Shown here: positions 23,964 to 24,000 of the stretch, piece after piece | Layout of the letters: every line of letters starts with the position of its first letter | Numbering within the stretch: the stretch's first letter is position 1 | Source of the DNA: Dehalococcoidia bacterium | GTDB taxonomy: Bacteria > Chloroflexota > Dehalococcoidia > Lucifugimonadales > CATOSD01 | Assembly: GCA_965206395.1 (NCBI GenBank) | Contig: CBDBJK010000024.1 | Coordinates: 1,979 to 25,978, forward strand | Length of the DNA: 24,000 nt | Direction of reading: 5' to 3' | The notes under the pieces: model-generated | Database searches by the model: none | Told to the model about the DNA's origin: nothing | What the model saw: only the letters and a program-made list of their open reading frames with translations | Program-made: the position numbers and the translations under genes

Positions 23964-24000
23964 GGCGCGGAGAAATCAATAGGCGTTCATAGCATCGCCG

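Overview
The window is a chromosomal segment of a moderately GC-rich bacterium. A stripped-down rsmH-ftsA-ftsZ division cluster and the gene content suggest a Chloroflexota/Dehalococcoidia-like lineage, but this is inference only. Core genes, left to right: a GNAT/Eis-like 3' end, acetyl-CoA hydrolase/transferase, a Pro/Thr-rich secreted protein, an ICL/PEP-mutase family enzyme, DUF169, trmD, mogA/moaB, rsmH, ftsA, ftsZ, nrdR, nrdJ, pdxA, proC, yggT, DUF167, two SDRs and birA. The accessory content has three parts. (1) A visibly AT-richer ~3 kb islet (about 181-3144) is bounded by a 12-bp direct repeat. It carries an S1 serine-protease gene split by a decayed 818-bp IS5-family element, plus a small ORF resembling the protease N-terminal domain. 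(2) Two essentially identical 880/881-bp IS5-family elements sit in inverted orientation (5449-6329 and 13963-14842) and bracket 7.6 kb that includes trmD, rsmH, ftsA and ftsZ. (3) A hot spot between ftsZ and nrdR holds two tandem tRNA genes, one IS copy and a nonsense-mutated excisionase-type HTH remnant. The most unusual signal is that both tRNAs are well-formed class-II (long variable arm), Leu-like molecules with A73, yet both carry the histidine anticodon GUG. No standard isoacceptor combines these features. Other points worth a second look are an SDR/pseudo-SDR gene pair, REP-like palindromic elements, and a probable ATT start for mogA. No CRISPR array, rRNA or recognisable defence operon was seen.
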